A stretch of 64,000 nucleotides of DNA from Parachlamydiales bacterium (lineage in GTDB: Bacteria > Chlamydiota > Chlamydiia > Chlamydiales > SM23-39). Below the pieces are notes generated by a model. The model did not search any database, was not told where the DNA came from, and saw only the letters and a program-made list of their open reading frames with translations. Each line of letters begins with the position of its first letter. Position 1 is the stretch's first letter. The position numbers and the translations under genes were made by a program. The stretch lies in assembly GCA_050302075.1 (NCBI GenBank), contig JBNLAH010000003.1, forward strand, positions 1 to 64,000, given 5' to 3'. Below are positions 9,969-21,275 of this stretch, piece by piece.

Positions 9969-10598
9969 ATGAAATTTTTTTCTCTTGTAAAAGATGGTGA
10001 GCTCCATACTGCTCCTGGAACTAAAGTTGTACCTAAGGAAGAACTAGAGTCATTGATTGATTCTGCGAAACTATTAGAGAAAGTCGACCACGAAATGAAA
10101 GAGTATCGCAAAGAAGTTTTAAAAGAATGTGAAAATCTAAAAAAAGAAGCACACGAAGAAGGTTTTCAGGAGGGATTAAAGAGATTCAATGAAGCCACTT
10201 TAAAGTTAAACCAAGAAAGTAAAAAAATTCATGATGACATCCAAAAAAAAATAACTCCTTTGACAATGCAGGCAGCTAGAAAAATTCTTGGGGAAGAGCT
10301 GAAATTAAATCCTAAGCGAATAGTTGAAATTGTATCTCAGGCGCTAAAGCCAATTACATCTCACAAATACGTTAAAATTTTTGTAAATAAAGCTGATCTA
10401 GAAATTTTGGATAAAGAAAAGGAGAACATAAAAAAGATATTAGAGCAAGTTGATACGTTTTCTTTGCAAGAAAGATCAGATATCGAACCTGGTGGTTGTA
10501 TTATAGAGACAGAAGCTGGTATTATTAATGCCCAGTTAGAGAATCAGTGGCGAGCTTTAGAAGCTGCGTTTGAATCATTTTTAAAACAGCAACAATAA
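9969..10598 (+). CDS. sctL: T3SS stator SctL (FliH/YscL family)
   Basis: MKFFSL, EEGFQEG, PGGCIIETEAGIINAQL. Confidence 0.93.
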   Translation: MKFFSLVKDGELHTAPGTKVVPKEELESLIDSAKLLEKVDHEMKEYRKEVLKECENLKKEAHEEGFQEGLKRFNEATLKLNQESKKIHDDIQKKITPLTMQAARKILGEELKLNPKRIVEIVSQALKPITSHKYVKIFVNKADLEILDKEKENIKKILEQVDTFSLQERSDIEPGGCIIETEAGIINAQLENQWRALEAAFESFLKQQQ

Positions 10599-11386
10599 TG
10601 TCTTATCGAAAATTTTTTATTTTTTTATTTCTAATTCTAAGCTTTTCGGCGGTGGCACAGGAAGCCCCTACCACAGATCTTATGGCACAACTACAAAGTC
10701 AGGCCAATCAAGTCGCATTTGAAGGTCCTTCGGTCATAACCAAAATGACCATACTAGCGGGCATAGCGATACTGCCTTTCTTAATAATGCTTTTAACCTC
10801 TTATGTTAAAATTGTAATAGTGTTGGCGCTTTTAAGAAACGCTCTTGGAGTACAACAATCCCCTCCCAACCAAGTTATTAATGGAATCGCTTTAATGCTA
10901 ACTGTCTATGTAATGTTTCCAACTGGATATGCAATGTACCAAGCATCTGAAAATGTGATAAAACAATCGCCTCCGGAAATTGTTTCAGCTCAAACTCCAG
11001 CTTACTTAATTAACGTAATTGACGCAGGGAAAGAACCTTTAAGGCAATTTTTAATTCGTAATTCTTTGCAAAAAAGCACAAGATCATTTTACCAGATTGC
11101 TTATAGGCTGTTTCCAGAGCCCTTTAAAGAGTCTTTAAAGTCCTCTGATTTTATAATATTAGTTCCATCGTTTATTACTACTCAGCTAAAAGCTGCTTTT
11201 GAAATTGGTGTACTAATTTATTTGCCCTTCTTTGTGATTGACCTTGTAACTTCCAACATCTTACTTGCAATGGGAATGATGATGTTATCTCCACTTACAA
11301 TTGCCCTTCCAATTAAGCTACTGTTACTTGTGATAATTGATGGTTGGACATTATTGGTTCAAGGTCTCATTTTGACCTTTAAATAG
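10598..11386 (+). CDS. sctR: T3SS export apparatus SctR
   Basis: LRNALGVQQSPPNQ, AFEIGVLIYLPF, AMGMMMLSP. Confidence 0.96.
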   Translation: MSYRKFFIFLFLILSFSAVAQEAPTTDLMAQLQSQANQVAFEGPSVITKMTILAGIAILPFLIMLLTSYVKIVIVLALLRNALGVQQSPPNQVINGIALMLTVYVMFPTGYAMYQASENVIKQSPPEIVSAQTPAYLINVIDAGKEPLRQFLIRNSLQKSTRSFYQIAYRLFPEPFKESLKSSDFIILVPSFITTQLKAAFEIGVLIYLPFFVIDLVTSNILLAMGMMMLSPLTIALPIKLLLLVIIDGWTLLVQGLILTFK

Positions 11387-11397
11387 GTATAAAGAAC

Positions 11398-11670
11398 ATG
11401 TTATTTTTAAACGAAATATACCAGTTAACTTATCAAGCACTTTTGCTTATCTTAATATTATCTGGTCCACCTATCTTGGTGAGCATGATATTTGGTTTAA
11501 TGGTTGCTATTTTTCAAGCTGCGACTCAGATTCAAGAACAAACACTTTCTTTTACAGTGAAACTGTTTGCCGTTGTTTTCACATTGATAGCTCTTGGAGG
11601 CTGGCTAGGGGCACAAATTATTAATTTTGCCAATACAATTTTTAACAACTTCCCTAATTGGAGACCATAA
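11398..11670 (+). CDS. sctS: T3SS export apparatus SctS
   Basis: FQAATQIQEQTLSFTVKL. Confidence 0.96.
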   Translation: MLFLNEIYQLTYQALLLILILSGPPILVSMIFGLMVAIFQAATQIQEQTLSFTVKLFAVVFTLIALGGWLGAQIINFANTIFNNFPNWRP

Positions 11671-12525
11671 GTGAATGGAGCTATGTCTTCAACTGATTCA
11701 TATTTATCGCTTATACTAAATATCCCAAATATCTCTCCTATATCCGTTTTAGGATATTTTTTTCTGGCGATGTTTAGAATAGTTCCAATTATAGTCCTTG
11801 CACCTTTTTTAGGAGGTAAAAACCTCCCTAATCCTATTAAAATTATGTTTGCAATAAGCTTAACTACAATCATCTTACCTGAAATAGTGCTTCAAGGTTC
11901 AAAAGAGCTTTTATTTGATATGCGGTTTGTGGGACTTGGCCTAAAGGAATTACTGATTGGAGCAATGCTGGGATTTCTTGTTGCTATTCCTTTTTACATC
12001 GCTCAGAATTCTGGTACATTAGTAGATCACATGCGTGGAGCATCTTCTTTGCAAGTATCCGATCCAACTACACAAGTACAAACGAGTTCCATTGGTATTT
12101 TTTATAATTATATATTAATAGCAGTCTTTTTTGCCGTTGACGGCCCTTTTATTTTCTTTAATACATTAATTCAATCGTTTCAATTAGTTCCTGTTACAGA
12201 TTTAGTTAACCCTGCCTTTTTTTCTTTAAAAATACCACTTTGGCAGATGATTATTTCTTTGTTTAATCACATAATGTCTATGGCAATACAACTTGCAGCT
12301 CCTTGTATAGTCGGAATACTTATGGCAGAGATGTTTTTAGGTATTGCTAACCGCCTTGCGCCACAAGTGCAAATTGTTTTTTTAGGTATGCCACTTAAAT
12401 CATGGCTAGGAATATTCTGTCTTTTGATTGCTTGGTATTTTATTATACAGCAGTTAGGAAAAGAGTCATTGAACTGGATCAAGACCTTAGACCAAATGAT
12501 AGCAAGAATACCTAAAGCTACTTAA
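11671..12525 (+). CDS. sctT: T3SS export apparatus SctT
   Basis: APFLG, DHMRG, NRLAPQVQ; multiple TM segments. Confidence 0.94.
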   Translation: MNGAMSSTDSYLSLILNIPNISPISVLGYFFLAMFRIVPIIVLAPFLGGKNLPNPIKIMFAISLTTIILPEIVLQGSKELLFDMRFVGLGLKELLIGAMLGFLVAIPFYIAQNSGTLVDHMRGASSLQVSDPTTQVQTSSIGIFYNYILIAVFFAVDGPFIFFNTLIQSFQLVPVTDLVNPAFFSLKIPLWQMIISLFNHIMSMAIQLAAPCIVGILMAEMFLGIANRLAPQVQIVFLGMPLKSWLGIFCLLIAWYFIIQQLGKESLNWIKTLDQMIARIPKAT

Positions 12526-12621
12526 AGCTGCGTATGTTTATAACAATCAATTTAGCTCTAATGATATTAGAAAATAAAATCTAAAAATATTAAAATGAGA
12601 AAAATTTAATAAGTAAAACAT

Positions 12622-13257
12622 ATGAGCTCAATTCAAATCGCCAACTATTTTATTGCACTTTTAATGATCTGTAATCCCATTGGAGTACTACCAATTTTTT
12701 TAAAATTAACAGAAACTGATACTTACCAAGAAAGAAGAGCCACTTCAGTAAAAGCTGCAATAGCTGTTTTTTTCATCTTGCTTGGATCAGCATGGCTTGG
12801 GATCCCTCTTTTACATATTTTAGGAATTAGAATCGCTCCTTTTCAATTTACAGGAGGATTAGTGGTGTTACTCTTAGCTCTCTCAATGTTAAGAGCAGAC
12901 GATACTAGGTATAAACAAACAACAGAAGAGAAAAAAGAATCCGTTCAAAAAGAATCTGTCGCAATTACTCCATTAGCTATTCCTTTGATTGCAGGCCCTG
13001 GGTCTATTAGTTCTATCATTACAACTAAATCAATATATCCAGGAATGGACAGTACTTTAATATTATCGCTAATTATTTTGGGAGTATCATTTTTAATGGG
13101 TTCATTCCTATTTTTTGCATCCAAAGTAGAAGATGTCTTAGGTAGGGTTGGAATAAATATATTCACAAGAATCGGAGCTTTAATTGTCGCTTCAAATGCC
13201 CTTGGCACACTTGAGGGGGCGCTTAAAGAAATGTTTCCGTTTTTAACGGGTGGCTAA
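12622..13257 (+). CDS. MarC family membrane protein
   Basis: NPIG..PIF, PLAIPLIAGPGSI. Confidence 0.9.
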   Translation: MSSIQIANYFIALLMICNPIGVLPIFLKLTETDTYQERRATSVKAAIAVFFILLGSAWLGIPLLHILGIRIAPFQFTGGLVVLLLALSMLRADDTRYKQTTEEKKESVQKESVAITPLAIPLIAGPGSISSIITTKSIYPGMDSTLILSLIILGVSFLMGSFLFFASKVEDVLGRVGINIFTRIGALIVASNALGTLEGALKEMFPFLTGG

Positions 13258-14439
13258 TTTTTTTGTGACACTTAAAACTTTATCAGCAAATATATCCATT
13301 TGTTCTAGCGTATTGTAAATACCAACAGAGGCTCTAGCGACCGAGGTTTCATTTAGTGTTTTTAAATAAGGCTGGGCACAAAGATGTCCAGTTCTAATTG
13401 AAACCCCTTCAAAGTCTAGGAAAGTTGCTAGATCAAGAGGATGAATTGAATCAATTTTAAATGTCACAATTGATTTTCTAGTGTCTGATTCGCCGATAAG
13501 TTTTAAACCATCTATTCCAGACAAGTTTTTCAAGAGCCGAGCAATAAGCCTCTCTTCATGAGTTGATATGTTGTCTACTCCAATCATTTGAAGAAGTTTT
13601 ATAGATTCATGAAAAGCTATAACTTCTGCTATAGCAGGAGTTCCAGATTCAAACTTCATAGGAGCTGGCTGACATGTAAAACCCCCGAGATATACTGTCT
13701 GAATCATATCTCCTCCCCCATTGACCGGGTTCATTTGTTCCAGAAGGCTTTTTTTTGCATAAAGTACCCCTACGCCAAATGGACCATACACTTTATGAGC
13801 TGAAAAGCAGTAAAAATCGGCATCGAGATCTGTCACGTCAACTTTCATGTGCCCAACAGCTTGAGCTCCATCAATCAAGACTTTTGCATTGTAGGCATGT
13901 GCTTTTTCTATGATATGTTTAACAGGGTGGCACGTTCCTGTTACATTTGATACATGAGCCAATGCAACAATCTTAACTCTAGGTGTTAATAATTTTTCAA
14001 ATTCACTAATTACTAACTCCCCTTTTTCATCTGCTGGAATAAACTTTAAGGTAAGTTTTTTTTCCCTAGCCAACATCTGCCAAGGAACCAAATTTGAATG
14101 GTGTTCCATTGTTGTTAAAATAACTTCATCACCTTCCTCTAAGAAATTTCCGTAAGATTTCGCCACCAAGTTAATTGATTCAGTGGTATTTTTTGTAAAA
14201 ACAATCTCTTCGTCTGAGCTGGCCTGAATAAATGCCTTTATTAGAGATCTTGTCTCAAAGTAGCTCTGAGAAGCTTCTTGAGACAACTTATGCAAAGACC
14301 TATGTACTGTCGCACAAAAATTTTGATAAAAAGAAGCTAACTTATTCACCATGCAAGAAGGTTTTAAACTGGTTGCAGCCGTATCTAAATAGATTCCATC
14401 TTTGGATTGTGGGAATTCTTTTTTAATTAGCTCTAACAT
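13243..14439 (-). CDS. sufS: Cysteine desulfurase SufS
   Basis: YLDTAATS, EHHSN, FSAHKVYGP, RTGHLCAQP. Confidence 0.93.
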   Translation of the reverse strand: MLELIKKEFPQSKDGIYLDTAATSLKPSCMVNKLASFYQNFCATVHRSLHKLSQEASQSYFETRSLIKAFIQASSDEEIVFTKNTTESINLVAKSYGNFLEEGDEVILTTMEHHSNLVPWQMLAREKKLTLKFIPADEKGELVISEFEKLLTPRVKIVALAHVSNVTGTCHPVKHIIEKAHAYNAKVLIDGAQAVGHMKVDVTDLDADFYCFSAHKVYGPFGVGVLYAKKSLLEQMNPVNGGGDMIQTVYLGGFTCQPAPMKFESGTPAIAEVIAFHESIKLLQMIGVDNISTHEERLIARLLKNLSGIDGLKLIGESDTRKSIVTFKIDSIHPLDLATFLDFEGVSIRTGHLCAQPYLKTLNETSVARASVGIYNTLEQMDIFADKVLSVTKKLATR

Positions 14440-15680
14440 ATAGTCTCTTTTAAAGAAGGAAAAATTAAGTCATTTAGAATTTCATCACAAAATGCCTTGA
14501 TCATCATTTGCTTTGCCTTTTCTTCTGTAATGCCTCGAGATCTTAAATAAAACATTTCTGTGTCAGAAAGCTTTCCAAACGTGGCCCCATGAGAAGCCTT
14601 AACATCATCTGCAAAAATCTCTAAGTTAGGTTTTGAGTACGCAGAAGCTCCATCATTTAATATTAAATTTTTATTCAATTGATAAGCTTCTGTTTTTTGG
14701 GCGATGTCCTCGACGTATATCTTCCCTTCAAAACTTGATTTAGAGTTATCATCAAGTACACATTTAAATAACTGTGAAGATGTACAATCAGGAGCTAAAT
14801 GCTCAATTAAAACATTTGTATGTGCATTTTTTTCTTCTTTCAGATAATTAAGACCTTTTAGGCTTGCTTTTGAATTTTTTTCAGTTAACGATACTCTATA
14901 ATCTCTTCTAATAGTTTTTGAGCCTTTTGAAAAATCTACACAATTAACTTCAGCTCTACTTTTCACAAGAAACCTGTAATCGGCCAAATACCAGTAATCA
15001 TTTGCGACCTCAGATATCTCATTCAAAGTTAATTTAGCTCCTTTTTCAACTACATAGTCCATATAGGGCATACAAAGATGTCTTTGGGCTTGCAGTTGAT
15101 TAGTTGTATGAATAATGGAAATTTCAGCATTCTTACCAATATATGCATGAACTCTAGGGAATGAAATCGACGGGCCATTATCAAAATTATCGGTCAAATT
15201 AATAATCTGCAAAGGTTTGGTAATTTTTATATCTTTTGGCAAGTAGATAAAAATCCCATTTTCATGGAAACTTGCATTTAGCAAGGCGAATGGATTTGTT
15301 TCATTTTTTAAATTGATTTGAAGCCTATTTTGCAAGAATATTGCGTAATCACTCATTGCCCCATTAAGTGAATTTATAGATATTCGAGAATCCCATTTAC
15401 TTAAAGCAGGATCAAACTTACCATTTACAAGCACTAAGTAAGAATCTTCTAAGCCATCAATTATATATTTTTCAATTTCTTGTTTTTGCAAGCTTTTACA
15501 AACTGCCATTTCAAAATCATGTGCATATAATTTTGCAAGTGGTATGTACCTAAAGGCCTCATTTTTACGGCTTGGTGATCCTAAGTTCCTAAATGAATCA
15601 AAAGCTTTTTTTCTAAATGACATTCGGAGATCATTTGGAATCAATTCCTCTTTTAGAAATTCAAATGCTATATCACTCAT
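14433..15680 (-). CDS. sufD: Fe-S assembly protein SufD
   Basis: KPNLEIFADDVKASHGAT, FYLRSRGI. Confidence 0.93.
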   Translation of the reverse strand: MSDIAFEFLKEELIPNDLRMSFRKKAFDSFRNLGSPSRKNEAFRYIPLAKLYAHDFEMAVCKSLQKQEIEKYIIDGLEDSYLVLVNGKFDPALSKWDSRISINSLNGAMSDYAIFLQNRLQINLKNETNPFALLNASFHENGIFIYLPKDIKITKPLQIINLTDNFDNGPSISFPRVHAYIGKNAEISIIHTTNQLQAQRHLCMPYMDYVVEKGAKLTLNEISEVANDYWYLADYRFLVKSRAEVNCVDFSKGSKTIRRDYRVSLTEKNSKASLKGLNYLKEEKNAHTNVLIEHLAPDCTSSQLFKCVLDDNSKSSFEGKIYVEDIAQKTEAYQLNKNLILNDGASAYSKPNLEIFADDVKASHGATFGKLSDTEMFYLRSRGITEEKAKQMMIKAFCDEILNDLIFPSLKETIC

Positions 15681-16426
15681 GCATATGCCTCTTGAGATAC
15701 CCAGTCATAGCCTTTCTCTTCTAGTTTTTTTGCTAGTTTATAGTCCCCAGACATAACAATCTTACCGTCCATCATAACATGCACAAAATCAGGTACAATA
15801 TATTCTAATAGCCTCTGATAATGTGTTATCAACAAAAGTCCATTATCATTTGAGCGAAAGTTATTTACTCCATTAGCTACAATTTTCATAGCATCAATAT
15901 CCAATCCTGAATCCGTTTCATCTAAAACTGCAAGAGTTGGATTCAACAAAGACATTTGTAAAATCTCAGATCTTTTTTTCTCTCCACCAGAAAATCCATC
16001 ATTTACAGAACGATTAATGAAATCATCCGTAATTTGAAGTTGACTAGATTTGATTTTTAAAAGTTTCTCGAAATCCTCTTTTGAAATTTCTTTTTGATCA
16101 TTTGCTTTTAAGTGACTTTGGTAAGCCTCATACAAAAATTGGTATGTTGATACTCCAGGTATTTCTACTGGATATTGGAAACTCATGAAAAGACCTAAAT
16201 GAGATCTTTCCTCCGGCTCTAATTCTAAAATATTTTGTCCCTTAAAAAACACATTCCCGCTTACTTCATAAGATGGGTGACCAGCTAAAATTTTTGCCAA
16301 AGTAGATTTTCCAGCTCCATTAGGCCCCATAATCGCATGTACTTCTCCTTTTTGGATTGATAAAGCAAAATCCTTCAAAATATGCTTTTCTTCAATATAG
16401 GCATTTAACTCAGTAATTTCTAACAT
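15677..16426 (-). CDS. sufC: Fe-S assembly ATPase SufC
   Basis: GPNGAGKSTL, FSGGEKKR, LDETDSGLD; likely start ATG 16426. Confidence 0.96.
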   Translation of the reverse strand: MLEITELNAYIEEKHILKDFALSIQKGEVHAIMGPNGAGKSTLAKILAGHPSYEVSGNVFFKGQNILELEPEERSHLGLFMSFQYPVEIPGVSTYQFLYEAYQSHLKANDQKEISKEDFEKLLKIKSSQLQITDDFINRSVNDGFSGGEKKRSEILQMSLLNPTLAVLDETDSGLDIDAMKIVANGVNNFRSNDNGLLLITHYQRLLEYIVPDFVHVMMDGKIVMSGDYKLAKKLEEKGYDWVSQEAYA

Positions 16427-17862
16427 CAGCCAACCGACCCCTCTAATTTTAGTGTTAATAGTTTTTGAGCCTCTGTTGCAAACTCTAAAGGAAGCTCTTT
16501 TATAACTTCTTTGCAAAATCCATTCACAATCATATTGATAGCATCTTCGAGTGAAATCCCCCTGCTTTGCAGATAAAATAGCTGCTCTTCATTCATTTTC
16601 GAAGTAGATGCCTCATGCTCAACTTGAGCCGAGCTATTTTCTACTTCAATATATGGGAAAGTGTTAGCCGAGCAAGTATTTCCAACTAGCATAGAATCAC
16701 ATTGAGTAAAATTTCTTGAATTTTCAGCTTTCTTTGAAATTTTAACTAATCCTCTATAGCTATTATGAGAAGTATCTGCAGAAATCCCCTTCGATATAAT
16801 TGTTGACTTAGTATTCTTACCGATATGAATCATTTTAGTTCCTGTATCAGCTTGCATTTTTCCATTTGTAAGCGCAACGGAATAAAACTCCCCTACAGAA
16901 TTGTCCCCTTTTAATATACAGCTTGGATATTTCCAAGTTATTGCAGCTCCTGCCTCAACTTGTGTCCACGAAATTTTTGAACTCTCTCCTTTGCAAAGGC
17001 CTCTTTTAGTAACAAAATTATAAACTCCACCTAGGCCAGTCTCAGGATCTCCTGAATACCAATTTTGGACAGTTGAATATTTAATTTCCGCTCGATCTTT
17101 AGCTATCAGTTCAACCACTGCTGCGTGGAGTTGGTTAGTGTCATATGCAGGAGCCGTACATCCTTCCAAGTAACTTACATAAGAGTCATCTTCTGCTATA
17201 ATTAATGTTCTTTCAAATTGTCCTGTTTCTTTTTCATTGATCCTAAAATACGTAGAAAGCTCCACTGGACAACGAACTTTTTTTGGAACGTACACAAAAG
17301 AACCGTCAGAGAAAACAGCTGAATTAAGTGCTGTAAAAAAGTTATCACCTATAGGGACGACACTTCCTATGTACTGCTTTACTAAATCAGGATATTTTTG
17401 CAATGCTTCTGAAATTGAACATAGTACCACTCCAGCTTCCTCAAGTGTTTTTTGGAATGTAGTTCCAATTGAAACTGAGTCAAAAACGACATCAACTGCA
17501 ACATTTGTAAGTCTTTTTTGCTCTTCTAGAGGAATGCCCAATTTGTTGAAAGTGCGCAAAAGTTCAGGATCAACCTGATCTAAACTTTCTAACCTTGGCT
17601 TTGACTTTGGCTCTGAGTAGTAAGAAATGTCTTGATAGTTTATCAATGGATATTTGACATTTGGCCATGTAGGCTCTTTCATCTCCTTCCATTTTTTGTA
17701 GGCTTTTAGCCGAAAATCAAGCATGAAATCAGGCTCATTTTTCTTAGCTGAAATAGCTTTTATAACATCCTCATTGAGTCCTTTTTCAAATTTATCAGAT
17801 TCAATTGGTGTTACAAATCCATATTTGTATTCTCGATGATTAAAAGAATTGTCTGTAGGCAT
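16426..17862 (-). CDS. sufB: Fe-S assembly protein SufB
   Basis: [26 protein letters not shown]; likely start ATG 17862. Confidence 0.97.
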   Translation of the reverse strand: MPTDNSFNHREYKYGFVTPIESDKFEKGLNEDVIKAISAKKNEPDFMLDFRLKAYKKWKEMKEPTWPNVKYPLINYQDISYYSEPKSKPRLESLDQVDPELLRTFNKLGIPLEEQKRLTNVAVDVVFDSVSIGTTFQKTLEEAGVVLCSISEALQKYPDLVKQYIGSVVPIGDNFFTALNSAVFSDGSFVYVPKKVRCPVELSTYFRINEKETGQFERTLIIAEDDSYVSYLEGCTAPAYDTNQLHAAVVELIAKDRAEIKYSTVQNWYSGDPETGLGGVYNFVTKRGLCKGESSKISWTQVEAGAAITWKYPSCILKGDNSVGEFYSVALTNGKMQADTGTKMIHIGKNTKSTIISKGISADTSHNSYRGLVKISKKAENSRNFTQCDSMLVGNTCSANTFPYIEVENSSAQVEHEASTSKMNEEQLFYLQSRGISLEDAINMIVNGFCKEVIKELPLEFATEAQKLLTLKLEGSVG

Positions 17863-17979
17863 TTCTTCCCTTGAATTTTGAGATAATATTTTATCTATTT
17901 TATTCGCAGCTGTCAAACATCGTAATTCATTTTTTTTTAGTGTTATTATAATTTAAAGTTAAAAATAGGACTGAAAATT

Positions 17980-18246
17980 ATGCAAATATCTCAAGCAAAG
18001 ACACTAAAGTTAATTGAATCTATCACATGTATAATGCATGCTTTAAATGACCATGACCAAAAAAGGATGAATACTGAAATTAAAAAATTAAAAAAAGCTT
18101 CGTCAACTCTTCCCTTAAAGCTTAAAGACGATATACAAAATTTTATTGTACAAGCTGACATTCAAAAGGACTATGACATGGGTCATGGAGTTACCAAAAA
18201 ATTAAAGCAACTAGCTGACAAATTAGTTTATGACTTAAAAAATTAA
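17980..18246 (+). CDS. Small hypothetical protein
   Basis: 88-aa ORF with AGGA RBS, divergent from sufB. Confidence 0.6.
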   Translation: MQISQAKTLKLIESITCIMHALNDHDQKRMNTEIKKLKKASSTLPLKLKDDIQNFIVQADIQKDYDMGHGVTKKLKQLADKLVYDLKN

Positions 18247-18314
18247 GCAAATAAACTTTTTTTTTATCTAAAAAACGCTAAAATGTAAAAAAAAGATATC
18301 GGAGATATAATATA

Positions 18315-18572
18315 ATGGCCTTCTCAAAAAAAAATAAGACATATTTGGACAAGGAAGTTCCTGTAGGAGAAAAAGGTAAAAAATATGTTGACGAACTAAA
18401 GAACATACGAGATGACTTGGAAAATTTAAAAAAGTTAACAGAACAGGTCAAATCATCTAAAGGCGTCTCATTAGAGACAATGGATGAGCTCAATAAGTCA
18501 ATTAAAAAACTAAGAGAAGACACTCAACAGCTTAATAAAGACTTTCCTGATTTAGGTTTTAAAATCGACTAA
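18315..18572 (+). CDS. Small coiled-coil hypothetical protein
   Basis: 85-aa ORF with GGAG RBS. Confidence 0.6.
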   Translation: MAFSKKNKTYLDKEVPVGEKGKKYVDELKNIRDDLENLKKLTEQVKSSKGVSLETMDELNKSIKKLREDTQQLNKDFPDLGFKID

Positions 18573-19562
18573 GCACTTTTTGTTTAGTATGAAGTTAATT
18601 GTCATTTCAAGGGCTTTATCTAGAGAATACTTTGTAGAAAATCCAAGGGCTTTTATTTTTGTACAATCTAAAAAATAACGAAAATCATGCCCAGGACGAT
18701 CTGCCACAAAACGAATAAGATCGATACATTCTACAACATTTTCATTTGTTATAGTGCAGTATTTCTCTATGATCTTTTGAACCATTTCAAGATTGCTCAT
18801 CTCAACACCTGAACCGATATTGTAAGACTCACCTTTTTTGCCATATTTTAAAATGATGAGAAGAGCCCTTGAGTGATCGTCGACAAAAATCCATTCTCTA
18901 GAGTTTTCCCCTACTCCATAAATAGGCAAATGCTTCTTGTCTATTAAATTTTCTATTATTTTAGGGATTAGTTTTTCTTTGTGCTGTCTTGGCCCATAAT
19001 TATTGCAACAATTGGAAATTGTAGCAGATATCTTATAAGTTTTAATATAAGCCCTGACTAAGTGATCAGAGCTAGCTTTGCTTGCCGCATACGGTGAGTT
19101 TGGTTTATAGGGGGACTCTTCTGTGAAGCTCCCTTCACTACCTAATTCACCAAATACCTCATCAGTTGATATATGATGAAAATGGATATGTGGATTATTT
19201 TTTACAACTTCTAAAAGTGCCAGCGTCCCGATAACATTAGAAACCATAAAAGGCATAGAGTCTTTAATACTGTTGTCAACATGTGTCTCTGCCGCAAAGT
19301 GCACAATTAAATCAACTTTATGATCAATACATATTTTTTCTATTATTTCTTTACTCTGAATATCTTCTTTATAAAATATGTATCTAGGATGATCAGAAAC
19401 ATCTTCAAGGTTTTCTAAACTAGCCGCATAATTTAAACTATCTACATTAACAATAGTGCCTTGAAAATCTTCTTTTGCCAGTAAATATAAAATAAAGTTA
19501 GAGCCAATAAACCCAGCTCCACCTGTCACCAGTACATTTGATTTGTTATTAATGAATGCCAT
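18552..19562 (-). CDS. rmlB: dTDP-glucose 4,6-dehydratase
   Basis: GGAGFIG, FAAETHVD, STDEVFG, YAASK, DRPGHD. Confidence 0.95.
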   Translation of the reverse strand: MAFINNKSNVLVTGGAGFIGSNFILYLLAKEDFQGTIVNVDSLNYAASLENLEDVSDHPRYIFYKEDIQSKEIIEKICIDHKVDLIVHFAAETHVDNSIKDSMPFMVSNVIGTLALLEVVKNNPHIHFHHISTDEVFGELGSEGSFTEESPYKPNSPYAASKASSDHLVRAYIKTYKISATISNCCNNYGPRQHKEKLIPKIIENLIDKKHLPIYGVGENSREWIFVDDHSRALLIILKYGKKGESYNIGSGVEMSNLEMVQKIIEKYCTITNENVVECIDLIRFVADRPGHDFRYFLDCTKIKALGFSTKYSLDKALEMTINFILNKKCLVDFKT

Positions 19563-20412
19563 ACTCTTCTGAGAAATACTCTCTAAGTCCTTCAGTAAAA
19601 GATCTAATTTTAGTTTTGTTTAGGTTAATAAATTTATCAGTATTCAAAACCGAATATTTTGGCCTTTCAGCTGCAGTTTCGAATTGATCTGATAACACAG
19701 CTCTTATATTTTTGCATTTTAGTTCTTGTCCACTAGTTTTTAAGTTTTTAAAAATCTCAAGTGCAAAATCATGCCAGCTTATTACTCCATCATTTGCAAA
19801 ATGAAAGACCCCATTTTTATCTAAAAGATCAATAGTTGCCAATGATAAATCGGCACAAAAAGTAGCTTTCCCTATCTGATCTTTTATGACTGAAATTTCT
19901 TTTTTTTCTTTCATCAAAGCCACCATCTTTGATGGAAAATTAGCTTTCTTAAGGCCAAAAAGCCACGAAGTCCTAATGATTAAGCAATCGGACAAAGTAC
20001 TTTTAGCAGCTTTTTCTGACATATATTTGGTATATCCATAGTAGTTAATTGGGTTGCACTCATCTATTTCTAAATAAGGGTCTTTTTTTCTACCGTCAAA
20101 TACATAATCACTAGAGTAATGTACCAGCTTAGCTTTCTTTTTTTTTGCAATAGCCGCGAGATTCTCTACGCCTCTCACATTAATTGCAAAAGCAAGCTCC
20201 TTTTCAGTTTCTGCCTTTTCAACATCTGTATAAGCAGCACAGTTAATGATATGCGTTATTCGAAGGTCATTAACAAAAGTTTCTATGTCAGAAATATTTA
20301 AAATGTCAACTTGGTCTTTAGATGTTGAAATGTATTTGATTTTTTTGCTTTCCAAACTGGCCGCGACGGCTCTTCCTAACATGCCATATTTTGATACAAC
20401 CCAAACAAGCAT
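19549..20412 (-). CDS. rmlD: dTDP-4-dehydrorhamnose reductase
   Basis: INCAAYTDVEKAE, SSDYVFDG, YGYTK, RPKYS. Confidence 0.93.
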   Translation of the reverse strand: MLVWVVSKYGMLGRAVAASLESKKIKYISTSKDQVDILNISDIETFVNDLRITHIINCAAYTDVEKAETEKELAFAINVRGVENLAAIAKKKKAKLVHYSSDYVFDGRKKDPYLEIDECNPINYYGYTKYMSEKAAKSTLSDCLIIRTSWLFGLKKANFPSKMVALMKEKKEISVIKDQIGKATFCADLSLATIDLLDKNGVFHFANDGVISWHDFALEIFKNLKTSGQELKCKNIRAVLSDQFETAAERPKYSVLNTDKFINLNKTKIRSFTEGLREYFSEEYGIH

Positions 20413-20958
20413 TTAAAACCACTTACTAAAATCAATTTCATCAAATGAACAATTATTTTGGTCTTTTTCAGATATAATTGGGTCCTTTACAGGCCATTGA
20501 ATTCCTATCTTTGGGTCATTATATTTAAAACCAACTTCTTTATCAGAAAGATATACATTACTTACTTTATATGCCACATATGCACTGTCACTTAAAACAC
20601 AATAGCCATGCGCAAAACCATGAGGGATAAAAAATTGATGGCGATTTTTATCATTTAAAACTTCAGCATGATATTTCCCAAAAGTAGGAGAATTAGGTCT
20701 AATGTCTACAGCAACATCTAAAATCTCCCCTTGTACAACATAAATAAGTTTATCCTGTCCAGGCTCAGTCTGAAAGTGCATTCCACGAATTACCTTGCTA
20801 TGGGAAAAAACTAGATTGTCCTGAAGAAAATCCACATCTATACCTAGTTCTTTATAAAATGATTTTCGGTAACTTTCCAAGAAAAAGCCTCTAGAATCCT
20901 CAAAAACTTTTGATTTTAAGAGCTTTAAGCCATCTAACGCAAATTCAATCGTATCCAT
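20413..20958 (-). CDS. rmlC: dTDP-4-dehydrorhamnose 3,5-epimerase
   Basis: DSRGFF, IRGMHFQ, DIRPNSPTFG, GFAHGY. Confidence 0.95.
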   Translation of the reverse strand: MDTIEFALDGLKLLKSKVFEDSRGFFLESYRKSFYKELGIDVDFLQDNLVFSHSKVIRGMHFQTEPGQDKLIYVVQGEILDVAVDIRPNSPTFGKYHAEVLNDKNRHQFFIPHGFAHGYCVLSDSAYVAYKVSNVYLSDKEVGFKYNDPKIGIQWPVKDPIISEKDQNNCSFDEIDFSKWF

Positions 20959-21275
20959 AATCCCTACTTTTAAAAAAACCATATTAAACAAGCAAAAATA
21001 TTAGACAAGATTATTTTAATATTGCTTTAAAATTTAACACCTCAAATAAAAATTTGATCACCACTAACTAATTGAAATATAAGGCTTTAATAAAAAACAC
21101 TATGTAAATGCCAGGTCTACGCATTAAAAATTTTTTTTAAATTAAACTTAATTACTTGTTTTCAATATGTTAAAAATATTTTTTTATTAAAATTTATTTT
21201 ATTGGTGTTTTTAATTATCAATACAGTTAAAATTATTAATTAATAATTTAATCTAAATTAAAAATATTTAAATTA